In this document: positions 53,701 through 63,100 of the stretch, piece after piece
Position numbering within the stretch: position 1 is the first letter of the stretch
How the letters are laid out: each line of letters begins with the position of its first letter
Assembly: GCA_964106645.2 (NCBI GenBank)
Contig: OZ067041.1
DNA: 64,000 nt
Strand: one strand, 5' to 3'
Origin: Podarcis pityusensis
Lineage: Eukaryota
Made by a program: the position numbers and the translations under genes
The notes under the pieces: model-generated
The model's database searches: none
Told to the model about the DNA's origin: nothing
What the model saw: only the letters and a program-made list of their open reading frames with translations

Positions 53701-54972
53701 AATAATCTTGAACAGTTTATTTAGGTGCTTACATGAATGTTTAAAATGCGTTAGAATTTTTCAGCTGAGAAAGTTGGAAAGACACGTTTATCCTGATTTT
53801 CAGCAAGAAGGGTCTCCCAGGGTGGCTTGCAGAATATCAGTAATGAGATAGTATCAGGCTTATATTTGAAAAGACACAATTCAAAAAGAAAAGGTATTGG
53901 GAGAGATGAGGAAAACAGGCACTAACACTTAATTATAGTTCTCATGACCAGCTGGAACGGGAAAGAGGAGTCACATATTGCTGGTTTTTGAGCAGAGTCA
54001 GTGGAAAGGCTGTGGACTTCCACCCCTTTTTTTTCTGTCTGCCCCCATCGTCTGATGGGATGGCTGCTGATAGAGAACGTTTGCAGTCCCATTTCTCCCG
54101 TAGCTTGATGGCATGGCATGACACACTTTATGTGCAATCATTGCCTTGGAATGCTTTCAGTGCTCTTATGCGCCGGGACTGGCAGATACTTGAAGTATGA
54201 TTTAACAGTTTCTTGCTCTTGTGGGAGTTCCAGTAAGTGCACAGAAATCTTTATGTGCTGGGGCTTCCCCATTCGCTGCAATGCTTTATTTACTGTGCTT
54301 ATATGCTGCCCTTATACCAGGGCACTCAGTAAATCACTAAAACAAAAACGAGGTACAGAAGATGTAACAGCGAAACAGCAGAATTGTTTCAGACCTTTTT
54401 TCCTTCCAGGAGTTGATGGAATGGACTCCCTGTCCTGGCCTTTTTTGCTTCCCCTTCTGGGCACCCAAGTCTGTAGCCTGTGAAGAGGTGGAAAAGGGAC
54501 TGCCCCGAGTGAGCACTCTCAGGCCAATGGCAGTTTTTCAGGAGTTGATGGCATGAGCTGCCCAGCCTTGGGCTCTCTTCAGTCTTTTTAGCACATACTT
54601 TAAAAAGTGTTTCTGTAAATAACAAGTCATGCAGGGATCTCTGATTCCTTCTACGTGATGAACCCTAAATTGATTCTAGTTCATACTGTAGGTGCACATG
54701 GAATAAAGTTTTGCATTTTTGTTTTTTAAACAGATAGTTGGATCGAAAACGATAATCTCTCTGTGGACAAGAATATGGATGATCAAGCTGACAGCAGCAG
54801 CATAAAGAGCAGAGGCAGCATACATTCAGCAGCCAGTGCAGAACACAAAGGTTTACCAATGCCTCGGCTGCAATCGTTTTCACCCGGACAGGTCTTCAAC
54901 TCCAGCTCTGGCATGCAAATCCTTGTCATTCCCAGCAAGGATGATCACATTCTGGAGGTCAATGTCACATGA
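12961..54972 (+). CDS. TRAPPC10: Trafficking protein particle complex subunit 10 (TRAPPII subunit, Trs130/TMEM1 orthologue); spliced, 23 coding exons, 1284 aa
   Basis: Exons joined by hand at GT-AG junctions give one open frame of 3855 nt, from PPVIYTMENKPIVTCAGDQNLF to QILVIPSKDDHILEVNVT*. This matches the recalled human TRAPPC10 throughout, and the intron phases are consistent. Confidence 0.98.
14619..14671 (+). mobile_element. Sauria SINE 3' tip
   Basis: accccagagtcggtcacgactggacctaatggtcaggggtccctttacc. Confidence 0.75.
14752..14993 (+). mobile_element. Tc1/mariner (Tigger/pogo-like) MITE, copy 1
   Basis: TIRs CAGTGGTACCTCAGGTTA and TAACCCAAGGTACCACTG; TA TSD; three copies in the window. 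Confidence 0.88.
19723..19964 (-). mobile_element. Tigger-like MITE, copy 2 (inverted relative to copies 1 and 3)
   Basis: Same TIRs and TA TSD; internal sequence is the reverse complement of copy 1. Confidence 0.88.
20953..21314 (-). mobile_element. Full-length Sauria SINE
   Basis: (ACCTTT)n tail; B box GGTTCGAATCCC on the minus strand; 11-bp TSD GTTTAGATATT at 20942-20952 and 21315-21325. Confidence 0.92.
22732..22953. mobile_element. Degraded Tigger-like MITE
   Basis: Imperfect TIRs CAGTAAGCCTCAACTTA and TAAGTTGCAGGCTTGCTG; flanks read TG rather than TA. Confidence 0.55.
25226..25595 (-). mobile_element. Full-length Sauria SINE
   Basis: Closely similar to the 20953 copy; 14-bp TSD TATATAGCAATATA. 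Confidence 0.92.
29276..29357 (+). CDS. TRAPPC10: TRAPPC10 exon 2
   Basis: (C)AGDQNLFSSLYPTLSQQLPREPMEWR; tctcag| ... |gtagtt. Confidence 0.96.
29928..30063 (+). CDS. TRAPPC10: TRAPPC10 exon 3
   Basis: SYGRAPKMIHLESNFVQFKEELLPKEGNKALLTFPFLHVYWTECC; |gtaagt. Confidence 0.97.
30418..30614 (+). CDS. TRAPPC10: TRAPPC10 exon 4
   Basis: DTEVYKATVKDD...IRNDFCNKQSD; ccttag| ... |gttagt. Confidence 0.97.
31797..31923 (+). mobile_element. 5'-truncated Sauria SINE
   Basis: SINE 3' region; 11-bp TSD TAAAACATACA at 31786-31796 and 31924-31934. Confidence 0.88.
32251..32375 (+). mobile_element. tRNA-derived SINE with CR1-like tail (Squam3-like)
   Basis: A-box tagctcagctggcagagc; B-box-like ggtttgagccc; cctgcattgcagggggttgga tail. 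Confidence 0.7.
33429..33585 (+). mobile_element. tRNA-derived SINE with CR1-like tail (Squam3-like)
   Basis: tagctcagttggttaga...ggttcgattcc head; gggggttggactagatgatcc...ccaactc followed by a (TATGATTN)3-like tail. Confidence 0.82.
33600..33795 (+). CDS. TRAPPC10: TRAPPC10 exon 5
   Basis: CVVLSDPLKDSSRSQESW...FCEYFMVQ; ttacag| ... |gtatgg. Confidence 0.97.
34232..34343 (+). CDS. TRAPPC10: TRAPPC10 exon 6
   Basis: EELAFVFEMLQQFEDALVQYDELDALFSQYVVNFGAG; AAG acceptor, |gtaagt. Confidence 0.96.
34585..34832 (+). CDS. TRAPPC10: TRAPPC10 exon 7
   Basis: (D)GANWLTFFCQPV...CVQELKLLE; |gtaagt. Confidence 0.97.
35551..35697 (+). CDS. TRAPPC10: TRAPPC10 exon 8
   Basis: VSVPPGALDCWVFLSCLEVLQRIEGCCD...LWSYATEK; |gtaaac. 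Confidence 0.97.
36640..36754 (+). CDS. TRAPPC10: TRAPPC10 exon 9
   Basis: LKSLGYLCGLVSENGPNSEDLNRTVDLLAGLGAERPET; |gtattt. Confidence 0.97.
37220..37358 (-). mobile_element. tRNA-derived SINE with CR1-like tail (Squam3-like)
   Basis: Reverse complement of the 33429 family. Confidence 0.78.
37596..37672 (+). CDS. TRAPPC10: TRAPPC10 exon 10
   Basis: (A)NTAQSPYKKLKEALSSVEAFENHYL; |gtaagt. Confidence 0.96.
38395..38486 (+). CDS. TRAPPC10: TRAPPC10 exon 11
   Basis: DLSHATIEMYKNIGRSRSAKLVGKDLAEFY; |gtaagg. Confidence 0.96.
38520..39780 (+). mobile_element. Degraded L2-clade LINE (RT region and 3' end)
   Basis: Broken ORFs contain LFSIYMKLLGEDIR and LNYCNTVYMGLPMQMIQKLQLV; AAAT-type tail near 39765. 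Confidence 0.8.
40482..40622 (+). CDS. TRAPPC10: TRAPPC10 exon 12
   Basis: KKKSPQKAEVYLQGALKTYLAEGWALLITHTRKQLAECQKHLGQVE; donor |GTATCCTT (U12-type). Confidence 0.95.
40623..41536 (+). other. U12-type (minor spliceosome) GT-AG intron, TRAPPC10 intron 12
   Basis: 5' splice site GTATCCTT; consensus branch site TTCCTTAAC at 41518-41526, ending 10 nt before the 3' end; no long polypyrimidine tract between the branch site and the AG. Confidence 0.93.
41048..41245 (+). mobile_element. CR1 LINE RT fragment inside the U12 intron
   Basis: YMKIGSELAVTLQGRELGIVVGSLVKVLTQCVPVAKNTNSMLGII resembles the CR1 motif GSELAVTxxERDLGVxVD...QCAAAVKKANSMLGII. Confidence 0.8.
41537..41649 (+). CDS. TRAPPC10: TRAPPC10 exon 13
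   Basis: (N)YLQTSSLLAADDHLTEEERKHYCQEILNFAKQPSEGE; |gtaaga. Confidence 0.96.
43072..43586 (+). CDS. TRAPPC10: TRAPPC10 exon 14
   Basis: (D)QKVILSMHSFAQLKNLHFDPPNAVVHVGG...LEPGVNNITFRTQ; lies inside ORF 43044..43637; |gtatgt. Confidence 0.98.
44060..44274 (+). mobile_element. Tigger-like MITE, copy 3
   Basis: Same TIRs and TA TSD; small internal deletions. Confidence 0.86.
44277..44930 (+). mobile_element. L2-clade LINE 3' fragment
   Basis: Degenerate VHALLTSRLD.CN...QKFQLV.NA and LHWLP-like segments; AT-rich tail. Confidence 0.78.
46718..46859 (+). CDS. TRAPPC10: TRAPPC10 exon 15
   Basis: GKDPGTYTLRQLCISVG...PHIYPIVQYDVYSQEPQLKVEPCT; |gtaggt. Confidence 0.96.
48213..48371 (+). CDS. TRAPPC10: TRAPPC10 exon 16
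   Basis: (D)SLLAGIPQKVKFTVTTGHYTIKNGDALQLSNA...VIYSNTK; |gtatgt. Confidence 0.96.
49522..49748 (+). CDS. TRAPPC10: TRAPPC10 exon 17
   Basis: (E)KASEASLMIQSSEKITSISLPVAPAYHVIAFELEVL...MATIDQK; |gtaagt. Confidence 0.95.
50254..50354 (+). CDS. TRAPPC10: TRAPPC10 exon 18
   Basis: VTIDCPWSIYSTIIALTFSIPFTAKHSLLSAGK; |gtaact. Confidence 0.96.
50699..50738. repeat. (AGAT)n microsatellite
   Basis: About 10 units in intron 18. Confidence 0.95.
50810..50936 (+). CDS. TRAPPC10: TRAPPC10 exon 19
   Basis: KYIQVCVQNMSDISFKLSDS...PLNSKAEQ; |gtaggc. Confidence 0.95.
52004..52174 (+). CDS. TRAPPC10: TRAPPC10 exon 20
   Basis: HIYTKQAVFFVWELKWT...LKPYTYEFQLENFF; |gtaagt. Confidence 0.96.
52936..53113 (+). 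CDS. TRAPPC10: TRAPPC10 exon 21
   Basis: TLYNVKAEISPPLGAEYCKTGSLCSLEV...TKLMYE; |gtaggc. Confidence 0.97.
53459..53653 (+). CDS. TRAPPC10: TRAPPC10 exon 22
   Basis: (V)VDNSSNWAVCGKSSGVISMP...EVMPLFAGYLPFPDVRLFKYLP...QLDA; |gtaaga. Confidence 0.97.
54734..54972 (+). CDS. TRAPPC10: TRAPPC10 exon 23, coding part (stop TGA at 54970-54972)
   Basis: (D)SWIENDNLSVDK...GQVFNSSSGMQILVIPSKDDHILEVNVT*. Confidence 0.97.
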
Positions 54973-55210
54973 CAGCTCTCTGTACATGTGCATGGACATG
55001 CACATGAGACTGGAAAATGAATGCACTTTAAGGGATCATAACCTGATTGTTCTTCATTTGAAACATTCTAACGCTAACGAGGCCTATGGCAACTCAACAC
55101 TTACTGGCCCTGGAAGCATCAGACAATTGTATCAATTTAAATGTACAGTGATGCTTGTGTCAGCTAGTTTATATTGCTATTTTAGGGTGTTTGTGTAAAA
55201 TGATTTTTGG

Positions 55211-55260
<50 letters not shown>

Positions 55261-57620
55261 CCTCCCTCCCTCCCTCTCTCTCTCTCTTTCTCTCATCCTG
55301 CTGGTGAAATAAAGGATACTTACTGCAGTTTTCTCTTTATTTTCGGCAGCTTCCAGAACTGCTATTTTTTTCCGGGGGGTGTAATTAAATTTCTGTTCAA
55401 AGAAAATTTCAGGTTGACATACAATAAGCCTTGCAGTGTAGCTGTTAATGACTGACGTGTGTGCCTTTCTAGTCACACAACTGTTTGGTTTCCTGGACCA
55501 GGATAGCTATCCACATTTCTGTATAGTAATTCTTAATCCTACAGCTATCAACAGGATTTTAAATATGTGTATATATTTTCTTGAGGACTTAACTTCTTTT
55601 GTGCCTTGGGATACATATGAAACTTATTAGCCCACTCAAACTCTTGAATGCACACCATATAGAGAGCCATTACTTAAGCTGACTGGAGAAACACACACAC
55701 ACACCAGGAAGCAAGTAATGAAGTGGCACATAAGTGGTTAAGTTGGAAGTAAAGTTTTACTGAACAAGCTTTCCCCCAAGTTTGATATTTAAATTATTTA
55801 AGGTTACTATATTGAGTCTCACTATATAGCTTTTATTCAATATTTCACTTGATATTTTTAAAACCAAAGTTTATTTGTTTCTCCTGTCCCAACTACTGTT
55901 AACTTATTATTGACTACAGAGCCATATAACTATATATATATTTGCACCTTATTCTAAAGTAATCTGAGAAGAAGCAAATAAAGCCAAGGATTACTTGACT
56001 GCTTTTCCAGTCTGGTTATGAGGAAATTTAAGGTCCTACTTATTGAACCTCTTCTGGTCCAGCAAACTGCAGTTACACCATTCCAACTGATTACTTTCAG
56101 TTGTAAATTTATTGTACAAATGATTATTTTAAAAAAATCTAAACTAAACTTAACTGATATAATGTCTGTGTATAATTTGCTCCCGGAATCAAGGACAAAA
56201 TAAATGTGTTTTTATTGGTGTGGAAATCAAAGCTTGTAAATAAGTCTAGTGCATATAACTTTTTCCAGCTCTCAAACTGTGTATTTTTGTACATACCACA
56301 TTTCCTTAAAACTTGTGGCTACAATCCTAGCTGCTGTTCACTCCTGTTACTGGCTTACACAATAATTCTCTTCTTGCAACATATGCAGCCTCTTGGGGAA
56401 CAGCCTTCATTGTATGAACAAGCTTTGTAGGAACACTGATAATTCTTGGTTCTTTCCATGGGTTTTTAATATCTTTGAGGCAGGAGGCAGTAGCAAACCA
56501 AATTTGAATTCTGAAAAAGTGTGGTATGTGTGTTCCAACACTGTGTGTATCTGTTAATTCTTGATTTACTTTTCTCATGTCTTAAGAGCAAATGAGGTTT
56601 TATTTGTAGAGGGAGCAAAAAGCAAGCCCCGTGTTTCTCATGAATTTACCAGTACTTGGCTTTGAAAGTTAAAGTAAGCTGAGTTTTCTTTTTGGAAATA
56701 GAAACATACACTTGTATTTGGGCACTTCTTTTCTTGAAGTTACAATGGGAGGTTGGCTGACTGTCTCTTTGTGTTTAATTTACTTTAATTAAGTTAGGGA
56801 AAAATGTATGCAACCCCTTAAACGTTTTTCAACAAAATTGCCTCTGTACCTTCTTTCAGTTATAAGAATTAATGAGACTACACAATATTGATATGTACAC
56901 ACTTCAATTTTGCATCTAAATGATAAAATGTATTTAAACTTGTTATGGCCCTTCTACATTGAATACTTGTGAACAACAGCTTGAATGTTAAAAGTACATT
57001 TCGAATGTGGTGAACAACTTGATACCTTGATTTTGGGTCTTTCACAAGAAATGATTTTATTAGCAGTTAGTGTTGATGTGTTTTCTCTGGTTTGGTTTTA
57101 GAGCACCGTAACATTTTTATGCTTACGTTGAAATGGTGGACTTCACTAAAATGCAGCAGAACCATAGTCTAATCATTACTTCAGGAGACTACATGTGTAT
57201 ATGGAGAGGGGATTGGTTTCTGGGTAAAGATGTAAATAATCAATTTGCAATATGTGTATCTGAAAAATTAAGGATTATGCTATTTATAGATATCTGTCAA
57301 GCTTGTAAATACTATCAAATGGGTTAAAGGAGTATAATTTTTGTGAATTTCACAGGTTTATTTGTGACTGGAAAAATTAACTCCTACTATGGAAATTAAA
57401 GTTCAACAATGACATTTGTGACACTTCCTACTTGTAGTTCTGTAAGACTGTTACACTCCACAGAGGATATAAACATAGAAGAGCAAACTGTAGGGAAAGG
57501 ATATTCAGAAACACAATTACCCAGTCTTATTTCTTATTTTAATGGTGCCATGAAACCTAGGGAATAAACTGTCAATGAAACCCCCCCAAAAAAGCCAACC
57601 AGTAGGAAAATGAATAAAAA
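54973..57620 (+). other. Probable TRAPPC10 3'UTR; 3' end uncertain
   Basis: AT-rich and TE-poor sequence after the stop codon. Candidate poly(A) signals: AATAAA near 55308, 55977, 56199, 57503 and 57613, and ATTAAA near 57395. Confidence 0.55.
55214..55293. repeat. (CT)n/(CCCT)n compound microsatellite in the TRAPPC10 3'UTR
   Basis: Read directly from the sequence. Confidence 0.95.
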
Positions 57621-60134
57621 TCTTGAATATTTTAAACAAAAGTTGCTTACAGTTCTGACATTCAGCTTTCCTTTATATGTTCCTTGGTTTGAGATTTCTA
57701 GGTATTAAGTGGCTCTAAGCTGAGCTGATCAGTTATTTTCAGGCAGCTTTTCTATTAGTAGCATCTGTTGGCTCTCAGTTAATTTATTTTGCAGGACCAG
57801 GCTGAGCCTGTACTAATATACCTTAAGATAATTATATGGTGGTGCACAAGGCTTAACACATGCAGCTACTTTAGCTTCACTGTTTTTTTTTTAATCCTAG
57901 CAGGAAGTTTTATCTTCTCACATTCTCCTGATGTTTCTTGGTATATTTGGGGTAGCATTTATGTATGTATCAGAGCTTTGGGAAGCAAACATTGTCGTTC
58001 CTAGTTTAAGGAGTCATTGCAGATGAAACTTGGCACCAGCTTATTCTGGCAACTACTTTAAATGATGTTGACTGTTGCAGTATGATGAGTCTCTTTTGTG
58101 AACTGGGTGACAAACCAAAGCAGCACTACCACATCCTGGTTCAAAAGGCAATGCTTTTTGGAGAAAGCCACCTGCTAAATGCCTGCTTGTTGAAGTATTG
58201 TACATCAGAATGGTTTCTCTGGAGCTACACCTGACATGGATCTTCAGCTTCCAGATCTAGGAAAGATTTTCTCCAGAAGCACCACCTACTGTGAATGGTT
58301 ACTGTTGGAAAAAGTACTGCAGAGTGGAATGTGCAGGGAGGGGAGTAGAGTTCACACTGGTGTGAAAGTTTCTTTAAAATAGAAGTCTTCAACCTTTTCT
58401 TACCTGGGATTCACTTTTAACCCAAATAAGCATTTGGGGACTAATTTACTTTAAAGATAATTTTTCTTCCAGTTTTACATTTCAACTTTGGATAAAATTA
58501 GTTGTACACTACAAATAAAAGTGACAGTATAAAGGTGGTTGATCTAGTTCATACTGAAAAGCAGACTGTGGTAGGAATCTGGAATTCATAAACTAAATCT
58601 TGCTAGCTACCTCTGACCTGTGCCAAGAGCACCCTTTTAAAAACAGTACTTGATCCAGGATTGAGATTCCATTCTCAAGAAATCCACAAAAGTTTTCCAT
58701 CTGATACACAGCTCATCATTATTGGGTTGGGGTATTATTTAGGCCGGGGCAGGGGGTTGTTGGTGTTACTGATACTATTTTTTTGTATCTTTATTTTTAG
58801 ATTAATGATTTAATGTGTAAACTGTTCTCTTTAGTTGTGTACTTTTTGATGTGTCTTATTTATTCTTTGTTACTATTTTCGTTATACTGTATACATTTTT
58901 TAAATGTTAAGCCAACTTGAGCATGGTTTTAGCTATGGAAAGGCGGCATACAAATAAAATTATGTATGTAGGTATCAGTCATTACGACACTCTGCACAGG
59001 ACCCACTTCTATATTGGTATTAATTTTAAAAATGACCCTTTGTGTTTAAAAAGGGCTAAAATAGTGTGTACATCATCTCCTTATGGGAGAGGGTGTAATA
59101 GGCTGTGGTGCCCATGCAATGACTGTGCGATGCTATCCTCTCCGGGCTTTACTAATAGGCAAGAGTGAAGCAGCTTATTTTGGATGTCACGGAAAGATAG
59201 AAATTTGCTAGTTTTTTTATTATTTTTAAAAATTTGTATTTTTACTGACAGGGAAGCTGAGGTTCTCCGTGGGGTTTCGAGAAGGGCAAGGTTTCAGATG
59301 CCAAAATAATTTCGCCAGTAGTAGATGTCGTGCTTGCGGGTGAGAAAGTGCCATTGCTGCTAGGCTTCAGCCAGCAAGATGTCTTAGAGCCAAGATGGCT
59401 CTAAAAACCGCAGTCAAAATCTGGGCTCTCTCGCCAGTGGGGCAGCTGGATAATTTTAGACATCGGATTTAGTAGCTTATGCCCTTCGGATGACCACGTG
59501 CATTAAGTTTTGAGCCACAAAACGACACCCCTCCCAATCTCTACCTCATCCTTAGCACAGCTGCTACATTCCTGACATGTTGAAATAAAAGCAAAAGACC
59601 GCGTGCCAATCCTGATGGAAAACTGTAAACCTGGCCACGTGGGCGCTTTTGCATTTTAAGCTCACTTTACTTTTTACAGCTTGCAGCCATTACGCAGGTT
59701 TTGCTTCCACTGCCCTGCCGCTATAAAAGCGTAAGGAAACAAGCACCCTCCTACTTGTATGGAAAAAAGAACGTATTTTTTAATAAAAATAACCATAATA
59801 AATAATGACTCGAGGCATGCTCTCGAGAAACAGTGCTCAAGAAAGCAGCCTTTAAATGAGCTGCACCTCGCTGCTCCCCACCGGCCCAAATTATACGCGG
59901 GTTGGGGCGGCAGCGGAGGGGAGGAATGTTGCTCGGAACGCGGAGTGCGAGTCTCCGGGAGCTTTCGGTTCCCTGTCTGAGTGACGCAACAGGAGCCGGC
60001 AGAGAGAGCGAGAGAAAGAGAGCAGATAGGTCGCCCTGGAAATGTTCTGAACCCGGAAGCAAAACGAAGCGGCTCTTCCGGCCGACTCGTGCTGCCCATG
60101 TGTTTGCCGGCCGAGTGCCGGAATCTGCGCGGGG

Positions 60135-60152
60135 ATGAAGTTCGCTTACAAG
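60135..60152 (+). CDS. PWP2: PWP2 coding exon 1
   Basis: ATG AAG TTC GCT TAC AAG (MKFAYK); weak donor |gttcgc. Confidence 0.8.
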
Positions 60153-63100
60153 GTTCGCTTACAGGGCGGGGGGCTTCGTCCTTTCTGGCCGGTGGTCTCG
60201 GAGCTTGGGCAGCCCTAGGTCTGGCAAGAGGAGCCCGTCGCTGCCCGTTTCTTGAGGGCCCAGCCTCTGGGCGGCCGCTTGATCCCAGACCTTCCAAGCG
60301 TCCCTGTTTCCCAGGGGCGTCCCTGATTTAGATAAGGTTTCTGATTTGACCTCGGACTGTCCCACTTTTCCTTAGGATGTCCCTGTTTTCACTGGAGAAA
60401 TGTTGGAGAGTATGTGATCCCTGTCCTCCTTTTCCCTTCCTGTTGCTCCTTTTAATCGTTATCTTGCCAAATTGCTCGAGTAGCGTGTCCAGCTTTAATC
60501 CTCTTGGAAGCCAGGAATTCTCCTGCCGACCTCCGCCACTGCCGACTATCCGCATTTGCTCATAATCTGGCAAATGCACACAAAATTTGCTATCTTTATG
60601 TGTTGCTTAACTAGCTGACTCTGGTACTTGGCATGCTACAAATCGTTGAAATTGAACATTAATGTTGACTTCCATTTGCACCATCTTTTCTATCCCCTAG
60701 CTGCCTTTTTTCCTTACAAAACTCCCGTCTTTTCCTCCTACTTGACAGATAGACGCATCTGTGCACATCCTCCCTGTGGTTGGGAGAATGAGTTGGCTAC
60801 AAGTCAAATACTCTTCTTTCATCCCATCCGTTATTCAGGTAGACAATGCTGTGATCTCCAGATGATGTTGGACTGCAACTTTCGTGATCCTTGACCATTG
60901 ACCATGTTGTCAAGGGCTGATGGGAGTCCAACAACATCTGGAGGGCCCCACATTGGCTGCTTCTGCACTATATCCTCTTAATTTATCCCCTCACTGGTTT
61001 GTACTATTTGAAACTTCATAGGTATTTATATAAAACAATTAAAAAATTGTCCAGTAGCACCTTAGAGACCAACTACTGGTTAAGTCTGCATTCACTTCGC
61101 TTCTCTCTCTTTTCAGTTCTCCAACTTGCTGGGTACAGTCTACCGACATGGAAACCTGAATTTCACTCCAGATGGGAACTCTCTGATTAGTCCTGTGGGA
61201 AACAGAATTACCGTCTTTGACTTGAAAAAGTATGCATTTTCTTTCATTGCCTTTATAAATGAGCTTTCTCAAAGAGTAAATGACCAGTAGAGGTATTGAG
61301 CCTCTGCATATAACACAGACTGCTAAAAGGGCTACTTGGGTCTGTTTCTGGGTCTCTTCTGTTATTCCACTATAGTGAAAGAATGTGCTCCATTATCAAA
61401 GTTATAAAATGGGCTAATGAATAGTACACTGCATTCACACTGGGAAGGATGTAGCTATTTCCCACTCCCCTTCATACATGTGGGATGACATAAAGGAAAT
61501 CTGGCTTGAGAAACATGGTATTGTGTGCAGAAATGTATTTCTATGTGCAATTCACACTTCCTGGATTGGGCAGAGGTGTATAACAGATTAGCATTTTGCA
61601 TACAGTTCTGTCACTGTTTGGACGTTTTATTGATTCTTTCACCCTCTTCTCTTCCAGTAACAAGTCTGAAACATTATCACTGGCAACCCAGTACAATGTT
61701 GCATGCGTGGGACTCTCTCCAGATGGAAATCTTGCTATATTAGTTGATGAAGGTATTTTAGATTTTTAATATAATAAAAAAGAATTCAGTCAGTATCACG
61801 AATTTTTAACAGAAATATAAGTTACGGTTAGATTCATTTTAAGTATAACTATATTTTATAATGTTCTACAATCAAGGCAAAAAATGTTGTTTGCTTTTAT
61901 TATAGTCCCTTGAATAACATGACACTTTTATTTCATTTAGAAATTTGAGTTTGAAATTGGGCTGAATATAAATGATGCTCAATCTATTTGTTCTTTTTCC
62001 AACAGAGGGAGCTGCCTTACTTGTCAGCTTGATCAGTAAATCTGTGATTCATCGGTTCCATTTTCAGAAACCTGTACACAGTGTCTGTTTTTCCCCAAAT
62101 GGAAAGTAAGAGAAACTTCCTGGTTTTGTGTTTATTTCTTTTTTTGTATGTATAAGTGATAGTAGTACCAGTTGTTGTTGAATTGAATTTTGCTTATCAT
62201 AGGAGTTGGGAACGTGACCTTTTTTACTGGATCACCTTTATACACCCCAAATCAATATGCTTCTTGTACAAAAGTGTCTGGTGACAAAATAATTACAAAT
62301 AACTATCTAGCTGTAAATACAGACTTTCGCTTATGTTTATGTATGTGTGTAGATATATAAACCTTGGAAACCTGCACAATTCTACTGCATTATCTGAATA
62401 CATGCGCTTGGCGTCATCTTGTTCATTTTTATTTCTCTGCTGAATAATTATGTATGTTAAGTTCATTTTTCATATTATGTTAAACAGGAAATTTGTGGTC
62501 ACAAAGGAGAACGTTGCTCTGATGTACCATGCCCCAGGAAAAAAGCGAGAATTTAATGCGTTTGTCCTTGACACAACTTACTATGGTGCATATGACGAAA
62601 CAACATGCATTGATTGGACAGATGATTCTAAGTAAGTTTTAATATATGCAGTTTACCAAGGCAACATAGAAAATGAGCAAATACATTGAAAACCAATGCG
62701 ACTTGGGTTGATTGTATCTGCTGATAATTTTGAAAATCTTGCATTGCAAAAAGAAAAGAAAAGAAAAGAAAATCTTGCATTGCTCTTTTTAGGAGAGTGT
62801 ATTTAGGCAGTGCCTCATCTCATAAATTCCCTTAACAGTAATGCTAAAAGTTCAGGTTATTGTTTCAGGATTCTCCATTGTCCACATTTTTCACTCGTTA
62901 ATAGAGATTTTGTTAACTCCTGAGTTAATAAACAATTTTTATTAAAGTAAGCATAGAGGGTTGGGTCCAGCAGAACCTGTCTGCAAATGGAAATATTCTT
63001 TCTCTACACAGAAGGTGTTGCAGTCAAGCCCAAGCTTCCCTGAACAGAAAGAGGGACACACTTTTTTTTAATCTGTTCCTCCTACAGCTCTCTGCTGCCA

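Larger units (their letters stand above)
59850..60550. promoter_or_regulatory. CpG-island promoter of PWP2
   Basis: CpG-rich; ETS motifs CCGGAAG near 60053 and CTTCCGG near 60075; CRE-like TGACGCAA near 59982. Confidence 0.8.

Noticed and set aside
13106-54733. Intronic snoRNAs in TRAPPC10
   Set aside because: Isolated TGATGA motifs occur, but I found none with a properly spaced CTGA and terminal stem. An Infernal/Rfam scan would be decisive.
59674-60297. 207-aa minus-strand ORF overlapping the PWP2 promoter
   Set aside because: Low-complexity Arg/Pro-rich translation typical of stop-poor CpG islands, with no recognisable domain. A divergent non-coding transcript cannot be excluded.
1030-60950. 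Many short hairpin elements (ctacaactcccatc...gatgggagttgtag; gcaatcct...aggattgc; aaaccatggttt families) resembling pre-miRNAs or CRISPR-like repeats
   Set aside because: They are dispersed, diverged and multi-copy, consistent with common squamate MITEs. There is no regular repeat-spacer array, and the DNA is eukaryotic.
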